Source of the DNA: Candidatus Xenobia bacterium
GTDB taxonomy: Bacteria; Vulcanimicrobiota; Xenobia; Xenobiales; QWHO01
DNA length: 64,000 nt
Reading direction: 5' to 3'
Assembly (NCBI GenBank): GCA_045863235.1
Contig: BTUM01000012.1
Span: 60,594-124,593, forward strand
Shown here: positions 34,319 to 42,602 of the stretch, piece after piece
Numbering within the stretch: position 1 is the stretch's first letter
How the letters are laid out: each line of letters begins with the position of its first letter
Notes under the pieces: model-generated
Databases searched by the model: none
What the model was told of the DNA's origin: nothing
Seen by the model: only the letters and a program-made list of their open reading frames with translations
Made by a program: the position numbers and the translations under genes

Positions 34319-36694
34319 TTATTTGTAGCGCCTTCCCAGCGCAAACTCGATTCGCCGCATCAGGGCTGACAGCGCGAACGGCTTGGAGACGAAGTCGAAG
34401 GCCCCTCCCTCCAGGGCCGCCTCGATCTGGCCCTCCTCGAGCTGGGCGGTCATCAAGAGGACCCTGGTGCGATTCAAGGCTCCCTTCTCGCGCAGGCGGG
34501 CCAGCAACTCGGTTCCGGTCATCCCTGGCACGAGCTGATCGAGCAGGAGCACCCGGGCCTGCAGCTGGAGCGGATCTTCCGCCAGCATCGCAGCCGCGGC
34601 CGCCCCATCCACGAACCAGTGAGTGGACAGACCCCGCGAGCGACAGGCTTTCAGAACCAGCTCTCCCAGTGCCTCGTCGTCTTCCACCAGAACCACATCC
34701 ACCGTGCGATGGGAGGCCTCTGCGAGCGCGCCATAGACCCGTGAGCGGCCTTCCTGCTTGGCCCGGTAGAGAGCCTGATCGGCCAGGCGCAGCAAGCCCT
34801 CGATGTCCTGGGCATCATCAGGGAACTGGGCCACCCCGGCCGAGAACGAGAGGGTGAAGCTGCCTCCCTCGGGAGCCGGTAGCTCCTGGATCTTGAGAGC
34901 CTCCAGGCACTGCTCCAGTCGACGAATGGCGTTGGCTCCGTCGCTGTCGAACAGGCCCACCACGAACTCCTCGCCTCCCCAGCGGATGACCGTGTCTTCC
35001 CCCCGGAAGGTGTTGGTGAGATGACGGGCGCACAGACGCAGGGCCAGGTCGCCGCTGCCGTGCCCGTAATGGTCGTTGACCTGCTTGAAGTGGTCCAGGT
35101 CCACCATGGCCACGGCCAGCGGGGCGCCGTGCCGGATGGCGATCTGCAGCAAGCGGGTCAGGTCTCGCAGGCCCCGGCGGCGGGTGGCTACCCCGGTCAA
35201 GAGGTCGGTATCGGCCAGCCGGCGGTAGTGCTGGGTGCGGGCCAGCCGGTTGGAGATGCGGGTGACCAGCTCGGAGTCCACGACCGGCTTCTGGATATAA
35301 TCGTCGGCCCCGGCCTGGTAGATGCGCTGCACCGTGCTGGTGTCGAAGTAGGCCGTCAAAAAGAGCACCGGGCGGTCGCTCCAGCGCGGATCGGTGCGCA
35401 GCACGCGACAAAGGTCGAGCCCGCTGAGGTAGGGCATGTCCACGTCCAGCAGGATCAGGTCGGGGGACGAGAGCTCGAGCGCCTCCCAGAACAGGGTGGG
35501 GTCAGAGAGGGTCTCGACGGCCAGCCCCATCGGCTCGAGCGTGCCTTTGACGGCCTCGAGGATGGAGGGGTCGTCGTCCACCGCCAGCACCCGCACTCCC
35601 AGCTGCCCCCGGCGCTCGAGCAGGATTCTGAGCTCTTCGCTGATCTGCTGGGGAGTGAAGGGCCGACAGAGCACCTCCACACTTCCCATTTCCGTCAGGG
35701 CCAGGCGGGCGTGCAGCCCCTGCTCGCCGGTCAGCACCAGCATGGGCAACTGGGGAAACTCCCAGGAAAGCTCCTTGAGCAGCTGGACGCGCGTGGCCAG
35801 ATCGCCGCTGCAGGCATCCAGCAGCAGCGCTCCGGGCAGCTGGTCACGCACCAGAGTGCGCGCTTCCTCATTGCTGGTCGCGCGGGTGAGAGTGAATCCA
35901 GGCAGGCTCTTGGCCATCTCGGGGTCGTCGCTCACGACCAGAATGCTCTTGCCTGGCTGAGTCTTCGAGGCTGCCTCCGGGCCGGGCGGCGCGGTTCCCT
36001 CGAGCTGGAAACGAATCCGCTGGGCCAGCTCGAGCAGGCGCAGGCGCTGCTCGCCGCTCAGCACGCTGGCGTGGGCAAGCAGCGACTCGGCCTCGCGGGC
36101 CAGCAGCGACGCCTCCTGAAACCCGAAAGTTCCGGCCGAGCCGACCAGCTTGTGCATCTCGCGCTCGACCTGGCGGCGCGCATTGGCTTCCAGCTCGCCG
36201 TGCTGCAGCACCTCGGCGGCCATCTCCAAGGAGTGAACGCGAGCCAGGTTGGAGGCCCGAAACTTGAGCCACAGTCCGGCCAGCGCACTGAGCGTCTGGC
36301 TGCGCGCCGCCGGCACGCGGGGGGGCTGGGGCCGCATGCGAATGCCCAGTTCGGCCGCGACCGAACGGGCCAGCTCGGGCAGATCGACCGGGGTGGCCAG
36401 CACCCGCTTGACCCCGAGGCGTCGCACCAGCCTGGTGGCAAGGCCGGCCTGGTCGTATTCATCGGGCGGCAAGCAGTAGATGATGGGGACGGCGTGCAGC
36501 GGGGTCTCCCGCTTGCGCAGCTCGCCCAGGTAGCCCAGGGGGTCGTCGCCCAGGGCGACCTGGTCGATCAAGAGCAGGCTGGGGATGCACTCAATGACCT
36601 CCAGGGTGTCCACCGGCTCGATGTCGAGGTCGTAGAAGTACTTGCGAAGGCGCTCGAGCAAGTCGGCTGATAAGCCGAGCGCAAAAACCTTCAA
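34319..36694 (-). CDS. Response-regulator diguanylate cyclase (pseudoREC-Hpt-REC-REC-GGDEF-REC)
   Basis: Hpt HKLVGSAGTFG; REC VDDD..LLDVDMP..KP; DLDHFK.VND.YGH..GD, RGED I-site, RWGGEEF; C-terminal REC domain. Confidence 0.92.
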   Translation of the reverse strand: MKVFALGLSADLLERLRKYFYDLDIEPVDTLEVIECIPSLLLIDQVALGDDPLGYLGELRKRETPLHAVPIIYCLPPDEYDQAGLATRLVRRLGVKRVLATPVDLPELARSVAAELGIRMRPQPPRVPAARSQTLSALAGLWLKFRASNLARVHSLEMAAEVLQHGELEANARRQVEREMHKLVGSAGTFGFQEASLLAREAESLLAHASVLSGEQRLRLLELAQRIRFQLEGTAPPGPEAASKTQPGKSILVVSDDPEMAKSLPGFTLTRATSNEEARTLVRDQLPGALLLDACSGDLATRVQLLKELSWEFPQLPMLVLTGEQGLHARLALTEMGSVEVLCRPFTPQQISEELRILLERRGQLGVRVLAVDDDPSILEAVKGTLEPMGLAVETLSDPTLFWEALELSSPDLILLDVDMPYLSGLDLCRVLRTDPRWSDRPVLFLTAYFDTSTVQRIYQAGADDYIQKPVVDSELVTRISNRLARTQHYRRLADTDLLTGVATRRRGLRDLTRLLQIAIRHGAPLAVAMVDLDHFKQVNDHYGHGSGDLALRLCARHLTNTFRGEDTVIRWGGEEFVVGLFDSDGANAIRRLEQCLEALKIQELPAPEGGSFTLSFSAGVAQFPDDAQDIEGLLRLADQALYRAKQEGRSRVYGALAEASHRTVDVVLVEDDEALGELVLKACRSRGLSTHWFVDGAAAAAMLAEDPLQLQARVLLLDQLVPGMTGTELLARLREKGALNRTRVLLMTAQLEEGQIEAALEGGAFDFVSKPFALSALMRRIEFALGRRYK

Positions 36695-37068
36695 GATTCC
36701 CAGGCCGCACGCATGCGAAGGGCCTCCTGGCGCAGCTGGTCCAGCTCCGAGTCGTTGATCGACAACCGCGCCGCCATGCGCTGGATGTAGTCGTACTCTT
36801 CGCTGGCCAGGGCGTTGTCGGCGAAAGCCACAGCCAGCAACAGGCGCATGGCGTTAAGTCGGCTGTCGTGATCGGGGATGTGAGTCTCCAGGTGGGCCAT
36901 ATCGGGGTGCTGCTTCAGGGAGTCTTTCAGCTGCTCGACCTCGGCGCTCTCGCACCCCATGCGCAAGAGCACATTGGCCACCATGGCCTCTTCCTCGGGC
37001 GCCCAGCGATGGTCGGCCCAGGCCATCTGGATCAGGGCCTTGACGATCTCCCTCTGACGATCATTCAC
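36691..37068 (-). CDS. TerB-family protein
   Basis: MAWAD....EE and VAFAD..L..EE...I...A..L.I. Confidence 0.75.
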   Translation of the reverse strand: MNDRQREIVKALIQMAWADHRWAPEEEAMVANVLLRMGCESAEVEQLKDSLKQHPDMAHLETHIPDHDSRLNAMRLLLAVAFADNALASEEYDYIQRMAARLSINDSELDQLRQEALRMRAAWES

Positions 37069-37118
37069 CTCGGAGCGCTTCGCAAAGAGCCTGCTCCCCC
37101 TCCTTCCGGGGGTGGAGC

Positions 37119-37637
37119 CTACTCGTCCTCTTCGGGAGGCAGGCAGCTGACCGCCACCAGCTTGGCCATCCGCTTGAGGTCGCTGTTGAGTCGCTCGGCG
37201 CTGTACTCGGCGTCGACCACCTTGAGCAGACGGTACTCGCGAGCGGTCATCTCGAACTCCATCCAGGGCTCCAGACCGCGCAGGGTATCCACGAACTCGT
37301 CGTCGAGAGTGGCCCGGGCCTCCTCGACGGTGGCATTCTTGAGGACGTAGCGCTGATCGAACTCAGGTCGTCCCAGTTTGATCTCGCCCGAGATGCCGAG
37401 CTGGTCGAGATGCTGGGTGAGATGGCTCTCGGCGCAGACCAGCAGCTTGTGGCGGGGACGGGCCCGGGCCACGATCAAAAGCTTGCCCTCCGGCACGAAG
37501 CCGAGGTGGAAAGATTGGCCGTGCTGCTCGAGACGCGTCTCCACGCTCTCGGGCTCGGCGCTGGTGGGCCGGCCCTGGGCCACGCGGGCGCGCAGGTGCT
37601 CGGCGAAGGTCTCCAGATCGAGTGTTTTTAGTTCCAT
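37119..37637 (-). CDS. Hypothetical protein
   Basis: RBS AAGGAAG; operon-like spacing; EI.LG..EFD..Y segment. Confidence 0.7.
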   Translation of the reverse strand: MELKTLDLETFAEHLRARVAQGRPTSAEPESVETRLEQHGQSFHLGFVPEGKLLIVARARPRHKLLVCAESHLTQHLDQLGISGEIKLGRPEFDQRYVLKNATVEEARATLDDEFVDTLRGLEPWMEFEMTAREYRLLKVVDAEYSAERLNSDLKRMAKLVAVSCLPPEEDE

Positions 37638-37664
37638 GCCTGCTTCCTTTGGCCTCTGGGGCGG

Positions 37665-38078
37665 CTAGTCCTCCACCAGAGCCGGCAGACGCACTTGAAG
37701 TGGGCGCGTTTCTTCCAGGAAAAACTCACCGTCCAGGGCGCTGTCGCCTCCGGGCCAGATGGAGAAGCCCCCCCGATAATGCGGTGGGATGTTCCAGTCG
37801 CCCTGGATGGTGCGTCCCTGCTGCACCCCGGAGTAGTACACGCTGTGCGAGCCGGGGTAGCTCTTGGTCCACCAGACGCGCCGCGACTCCAGATCATAGT
37901 GCCCCCCGATCAGAAAGGCACCGATGTCGTCTTGCCCGCGGCCGATCATGCGCCCGCGGCGAAAGGTCAGATCGAGCGACTGGCGATGAAACCGGCGGTC
38001 GCCCGGCTGAGTGTAGAAACCAGTCCAGGGACCTGAGGGGAAGCCAGAGTCCTTTTCGTTCTCCTCGGGTTGGGACAC
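37665..38078 (-). CDS. Conserved hypothetical beta-barrel protein
   Basis: FPSGPWTGFY, G.G.DDIG.F.I.G.Y, WTK.Y.G.H.V.Y.G, G.W..GGF.IWP. Confidence 0.75.
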   Translation of the reverse strand: MSQPEENEKDSGFPSGPWTGFYTQPGDRRFHRQSLDLTFRRGRMIGRGQDDIGAFLIGGHYDLESRRVWWTKSYPGSHSVYYSGVQQGRTIQGDWNIPPHYRGGFSIWPGGDSALDGEFFLEETRPLQVRLPALVED

Positions 38079-38087
38079 CCCTTGATT

Positions 38088-39053
38088 TTAGGAGTCTCGC
38101 TCCAGCTTGTAAAGCACCACCTGGTTCTGCTCCACCGTGGCGAAGGTCAGCACCCGACCGTCCTCGCTCAGCTTGGGCCAGAAACTGAGGCCCTCCACCG
38201 TCAGAGGGGTGGTCTGCCCGTTCTCCATGAGCATCACCTGAGGCTCGCGCGACTCGCCCGGCTTCTTGCTGCGGCGGGTCCAGGCGGCCACCGAGCCGTC
38301 TGCCGACAGGGTGGGCTCGCTTTCGTCCACCTTCTTCTCGCCGGCCAGGACCGTGACATTGCCGCCCTTATCGTGGAACCAGAACACGTCGTCATCGAAC
38401 TCCCGGGAGACCTGGGAAAATGCCACAACCCTCCCGTTGGCGCTGATGGCCGGGTCGAACTCGGACTCTGGATTCTCGGTCAGTGGCTTGATGGTGCCGT
38501 GCTCATCCTTCATCCACAGATCACCCCCGTCGAAGCGGACCTTGCGCCGGAAGAACACCCTGCTCCCATCGGCGCTGATCAGAGGGTCGGTGTTGACCCC
38601 GTCGCCCGAGGTGACCTGATCCATCTTGCCTTCCTGCTCGCGGAAGATGTCAAAGCCCCAGGGACTGCCGCTGTCGTCGTTGGTCCAGACGATGGTGCGC
38701 CCGTCGGCCGAGACCTGGGGATCGGTCTCATGGGCCGGCCCATCGGCCACCACGACCGTCTTGCCCTGGACGTGCTTTTTGATGTCCCAACTGCCCTGGC
38801 CCCACTGTTTACCGGAATAGTGGCTCCAGGCCACCACCTGGCCGTCGCGGCTGAGGGACGGCGAGATGTCGTGGCGCGGGTCATCGGTCAGTCGCTCGAC
38901 GCGATCGCCCTGGTGACGAAAGACGTCCCACTGCTCATTGTCGATCCACTTATTGTAGACCACCGTGCTGCCATCGCCGGACAGCACGGCCGGGCCCAGG
39001 TTGCCCTGGTCGATTCGGGTCAGCTTGCCCGCGAGGGCCGGGTTGATCTGCAT
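38088..39053 (-). CDS. TolB-like (PD40 repeat) beta-propeller protein lacking a signal peptide
   Basis: About seven repeats of P.[LVI]S.DG..V.[WF]. Confidence 0.85.
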   Translation of the reverse strand: MQINPALAGKLTRIDQGNLGPAVLSGDGSTVVYNKWIDNEQWDVFRHQGDRVERLTDDPRHDISPSLSRDGQVVAWSHYSGKQWGQGSWDIKKHVQGKTVVVADGPAHETDPQVSADGRTIVWTNDDSGSPWGFDIFREQEGKMDQVTSGDGVNTDPLISADGSRVFFRRKVRFDGGDLWMKDEHGTIKPLTENPESEFDPAISANGRVVAFSQVSREFDDDVFWFHDKGGNVTVLAGEKKVDESEPTLSADGSVAAWTRRSKKPGESREPQVMLMENGQTTPLTVEGLSFWPKLSEDGRVLTFATVEQNQVVLYKLERDS

Positions 39054-39162
39054 GCCGGCAGCTTAGGGGTCAGGGCGCTCCAGATTGTTGCTGTCTTTTT
39101 AACTCCTCCAAAGACGGCTCCGACTCGAGAGACCGAACCGGGCTCGTGGTGCGCACGAGTCG

Positions 39163-39303
39163 CTACAGGATTCCCGTCTGCACCGAGGGGCTCTGGGCCG
39201 TGGCCTGAGGTGGAGGAGTCAGCACCGTGCCGCCCAGCCAGGCACAGCCCAACACGGCCAGCAAGAAGAGGGCGCGGCGAATGCGGCGATGGTACCAGTT
39301 CAT
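39163..39303 (-). CDS. Small 46-aa membrane/secreted peptide, below the ORF-track cutoff
   Basis: RBS GGGAGGA 5 nt before the ATG; MNWYHRRIRRALFLLAVLGCAWLGGTVLTPPPQATAQSPSVQTGIL. Confidence 0.6.
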   Translation of the reverse strand: MNWYHRRIRRALFLLAVLGCAWLGGTVLTPPPQATAQSPSVQTGIL

Positions 39304-39410
39304 AACAAGTCCTCCCACGAGATTGAAGATATTCCAGACTGTCGCACCTTGCGGGACTCTTCTTCCCGGCTCTCGAAACTGCCCTTAACCGAACTCAGGG
39401 GAGGCAGTCC

Positions 39411-40670
39411 ATGGCCGATTACTACGTGAACGCTCTGGAAGCTCTGACCGGAATCTCCGCTCGCGATTCGATGGGGGACGTCTCCGGCCTCGAGAACCTG
39501 GGCTCAGCCGCCTCCCGTGTAGCTGGCGGACGGCCCGGCCAGGGCGCCTCGATGGCCGACCAGGCCGACATCTCCTTTGCCCGGACGCAGAGCCCTGCCT
39601 CCCAGCTCAACGGCCAGATCGCCGACATCTGGGAGGCCATCCGGCGCGGTAACAACACCTACTACTTCAGCAGCGCCACCGACGCCCAGGGGCGCTATCA
39701 CGCCGCGGTCGAGGCCAAAGCCAACGAGGTGGTGGCCAGCTTCGCCGGTGACGCCGAGGACATCGCTGAGATCCGCAACCGCCTCCTGCGAGGGGAGTCA
39801 CTCGACAGCGTGCTGGCCGACGTGCGTGAGAAGCGCCACGACCTGAACGTGGCCGCCGCCGTGGCCAAGAACAAGTCCACGGCCCAGGCAATGGTCAACA
39901 ACGACATCGTCGACCCGAACATCCACGAGAGCTCCTCGGTGGCGTACGCCAAAGACGGCTCCACCGCAGGCGCATCCTCAGGCAAGGAGTCTTCCTCGGC
40001 GGCCCACGCCGAAGGCGAATCCACCGCTGGTGCTTACGCTGACGGCAACTCCACCGCAGCCGCTAAAGCCAGGGATGGCTCCCACGCTGTCTCGGGTGCC
40101 TTCGAGCAGTCGCTCGGCTTTTCCAGCGCACGCAACAAGTCGGAAGCAACCGTGGATGCGAACAACGGCGCCACTGCGGAGGCCGAGGCCGACCTGCAAG
40201 GGGTGAGCCGCTCGGAGGCGCGCAACGACTCTCGGGCCACCTCCCGAGCTCGGGCCGGTGACGCCCACGCCGAGGCCAGCACCGGCTCCACCGCCGAGGC
40301 CAAGAGCGAGCAGGACCGCCACATGAATTTTGAGGTAGGCAAGGACGCCAAGAGCGTCTGGGGCGCCTTGCGCCAGGCCGGCTGGTCGGACGAGGAGATC
40401 GTCAAGCAGAAGATGGTCGATCAGGTGGCTCGTGAAAACCGACTCAAGGACCCCAACGTCGTCCAGCCAGGACAGAAGCTGCGGGTGCAACCAAACCCGG
40501 CTCGGCGTCCTTCGGCCGACGCCGAGGCGCGCGAGTACTCCGAGGCCAGCGCCACAGCCCGGGGGCCCGATTCCCACGCCGGCGCGCTATCCGACCAGGA
40601 AAGCAAGCTGGAGGTGAACAGCAAGCCCTTCCAGTCACACGACATCAAGGCCTCGCCCCCGCGAGAGTAG
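39411..40670 (+). CDS. Ala/Ser-rich repeat protein with a LysM-like domain
   Basis: RBS GGGGAGG; 10-residue A-x-A-x-A-x-x-x-S-x repeats; SVWG...VARENRLKDPNVVQPGQKLRV. Confidence 0.8.
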   Translation: MADYYVNALEALTGISARDSMGDVSGLENLGSAASRVAGGRPGQGASMADQADISFARTQSPASQLNGQIADIWEAIRRGNNTYYFSSATDAQGRYHAAVEAKANEVVASFAGDAEDIAEIRNRLLRGESLDSVLADVREKRHDLNVAAAVAKNKSTAQAMVNNDIVDPNIHESSSVAYAKDGSTAGASSGKESSSAAHAEGESTAGAYADGNSTAAAKARDGSHAVSGAFEQSLGFSSARNKSEATVDANNGATAEAEADLQGVSRSEARNDSRATSRARAGDAHAEASTGSTAEAKSEQDRHMNFEVGKDAKSVWGALRQAGWSDEEIVKQKMVDQVARENRLKDPNVVQPGQKLRVQPNPARRPSADAEAREYSEASATARGPDSHAGALSDQESKLEVNSKPFQSHDIKASPPRE

Positions 40671-40708
40671 AGTAGAGGCTCGCCCGCCCGGGCGTCGAAA
40701 ACTGCTGC

Positions 40709-42040
40709 GTGGACCCGCTTTATCAGCTCATCTACCAGAGCACGCAGCAGCGGATGACCGAGAATACGCAGAAGTCGAGCGACCTGCTGCGTATTCAGAA
40801 GAAAGAGCTCAAGGAAAAGAGCTCGCGGGCCAACGAGCTGGACTCGGCCGAGCTTTCCCCCGACCTCAACTCGATGGGGGAAGACCTGATGGGGTCCATG
40901 GACCCGGATATGTTCGGCCGCAGCAATTCCGCCGAGCGCTTCAAGCGCGCCTGGGAGGAAGAGCCCGAGGAGCGCAAGGAGCAGGAGGAAGAAGGCGAGG
41001 AGGAGGGCGAGCCCGGTGACGGGCCGACAGGAACTGCTGCTCTCCCCGAGGTGCAACGCGAGCCAGATTCCGAAGGGTCCGAGTCGGAGTCGGAGTCAGA
41101 GTCTCAGACGGAATCAGAATCGGAATCGGAATCCGAGTCGGAGCCGGAGCCGGACGACGCCGAAAATGAGCCCGAAGAGCCAGATTCCGGGGGGAGCGAG
41201 GCCGAGGACCTGCCCGCCGTGGTGCTCGAGCCCGACGTGCTCGATCGCTCCCAGGCCGCTCTGGCGGCCACCGACACGGTGGAGGCGCCCGAGCCCGTCG
41301 AGACCCCCTCCGAGGAGAAGCTGGAGTCAGCCGCCTCGGGCTTCACATCGCTGCTCGACCAGGGCTCGGGCTTTCTACGCTCAGACGTGAAGGCGGATAC
41401 CGCAGAGCTCGTGCTGGAGCCAGATGACCTGCCTCTGCCCGAGTTGCCTCCTGGACTGGCCGACCTGACAGCTCGCCTGATCTCGGGCGACAGCTCCCGT
41501 CCCGGTTATCGCAGACTGGCCCACCTGCTCTCCCGCTTCGGAGCCGGAGTGCTGCGCCTGGCCTTGCGCGAGAAGGTGCAGGTCTACCTCTTGCCCCCGG
41601 GCAACCGACTGCACGCCCATCCCCTGGTGGCCAACCTGCTGGAGGACGAAGAAGTCGAGGGCGCGGTCTACATCCCCGAGAAGCGCACCATGGTGGTGGA
41701 AGACTCCTGCGTTGCTCGCGTCCCGCGCGGCTTCCACCCGGTGCTCTACTACTTCGCCCACGCGTTCGACCACGTGCTCGGAGGCGGCGAGGGCTACGCC
41801 AGCCTCAAGTCGGCCGCCGTGGTGGCCAGCTACGAGAGTTGTCGTCAGAGCCTGGCCGGACACCGTTTCGCCGACGACCTGGCGGGAGCGTCCCCGGTGC
41901 ACTATTTCGCCCAGGCCGTGGAGTCGTATCTGGGCGAGAACGACAGCCTGGAACCGCTCTGGTCGCGCGACGACCTGTACGACTTCGACCGCTCGATCTA
42001 CGACTATGTCGACTACCTGCTCCGCCGGATCAACAAGTAG
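40709..42040 (+). CDS. Acidic low-complexity protein with a C-terminal lethal-factor/PPEP-like metallopeptidase fold, degenerate active site
   Basis: SE/EP repeats; G.Y.P..+.+V+, VLYYFAHAFDH (HExxH position), HYFAQA (EYFAE position), L...D...Y.Y+. Confidence 0.7.
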   Translation: MDPLYQLIYQSTQQRMTENTQKSSDLLRIQKKELKEKSSRANELDSAELSPDLNSMGEDLMGSMDPDMFGRSNSAERFKRAWEEEPEERKEQEEEGEEEGEPGDGPTGTAALPEVQREPDSEGSESESESESQTESESESESESEPEPDDAENEPEEPDSGGSEAEDLPAVVLEPDVLDRSQAALAATDTVEAPEPVETPSEEKLESAASGFTSLLDQGSGFLRSDVKADTAELVLEPDDLPLPELPPGLADLTARLISGDSSRPGYRRLAHLLSRFGAGVLRLALREKVQVYLLPPGNRLHAHPLVANLLEDEEVEGAVYIPEKRTMVVEDSCVARVPRGFHPVLYYFAHAFDHVLGGGEGYASLKSAAVVASYESCRQSLAGHRFADDLAGASPVHYFAQAVESYLGENDSLEPLWSRDDLYDFDRSIYDYVDYLLRRINK

Positions 42041-42325
42041 ATGGTCCTCTACCCCCTGCGATCGAGCAACGAAGGGCGCAAGGCGGGCGAATTCCCGGTG
42101 GGTCAGATCCACTTTGACGGCCAGACCGTAAGCATCGAGTGCCCCGACCGCGATCTCCTGGCACGCCTGCGAGAGCTCTTCGCTCAACCCCGGCGAGTGC
42201 GGGCGGTGCGGGGCGATCAGGAGCAGGTGATGGCCCACACCTGGATCACCCTCGAGCCAGGCACCGAGCAGCACTTCAGCGCCTGCGTGGCCCGACTGCA
42301 CCACTTCGGCCTCGTTCCGGGCTGA
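42041..42325 (+). CDS. Hypothetical protein, translationally coupled to the upstream gene
   Basis: ATG immediately follows the upstream TAG; host-like codon usage. Confidence 0.65.
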   Translation: MVLYPLRSSNEGRKAGEFPVGQIHFDGQTVSIECPDRDLLARLRELFAQPRRVRAVRGDQEQVMAHTWITLEPGTEQHFSACVARLHHFGLVPG

Positions 42326-42560
42326 GACAGCGACCGACCGGAACCTGGCTAAATCGGCACCCTCGGTGACGGGAGCCTGACAGGCATCCTGCCTGGTCGC
42401 GCCCGCGGCCGCGACCGAACTCGCCTCGCCTCCCCTCTGCCGACTAAACCCGCCTGCTCTGCCGACTGAACCCGTTTCCCTCCGCCGACTGAAAGCTTCA
42501 GCCGCCCAACCCGCTGCCTTTGCAGGAAGAGAGGTAACGCGCAAATCATCTCGAAGACCC

Positions 42561-42590
42561 TGTAGTGCAAAACACAAATTTTACACTACA
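42561..42590. promoter_or_regulatory. Palindromic operator-like site upstream of ORF 42603
   Basis: TGTAGTGCAAAA-CACAAA-TTTTACACTACA (12-6-12, one mismatch), AT-rich, overlaps a TACACT -10-like hexamer. Confidence 0.55.
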
Positions 42591-42602
42591 GATGGTCCGA
42601 CC

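Noticed and set aside
41078..41152. Short tandem DNA repeats (GAGTCG/GAATCG), also 12-bp repeats near 11743-11785
   Set aside because: Coding low-complexity repeats (SE/EP and EGRQ), not CRISPR; no repeat-spacer array or cas gene seen in the window
42562..42589. dif/Xer recombination site (11-6-11 geometry)
   Set aside because: The arms do not resemble XerC/XerD consensus (no TTATGTTAAAT-like arm), and the position just before an ATG fits an operator better
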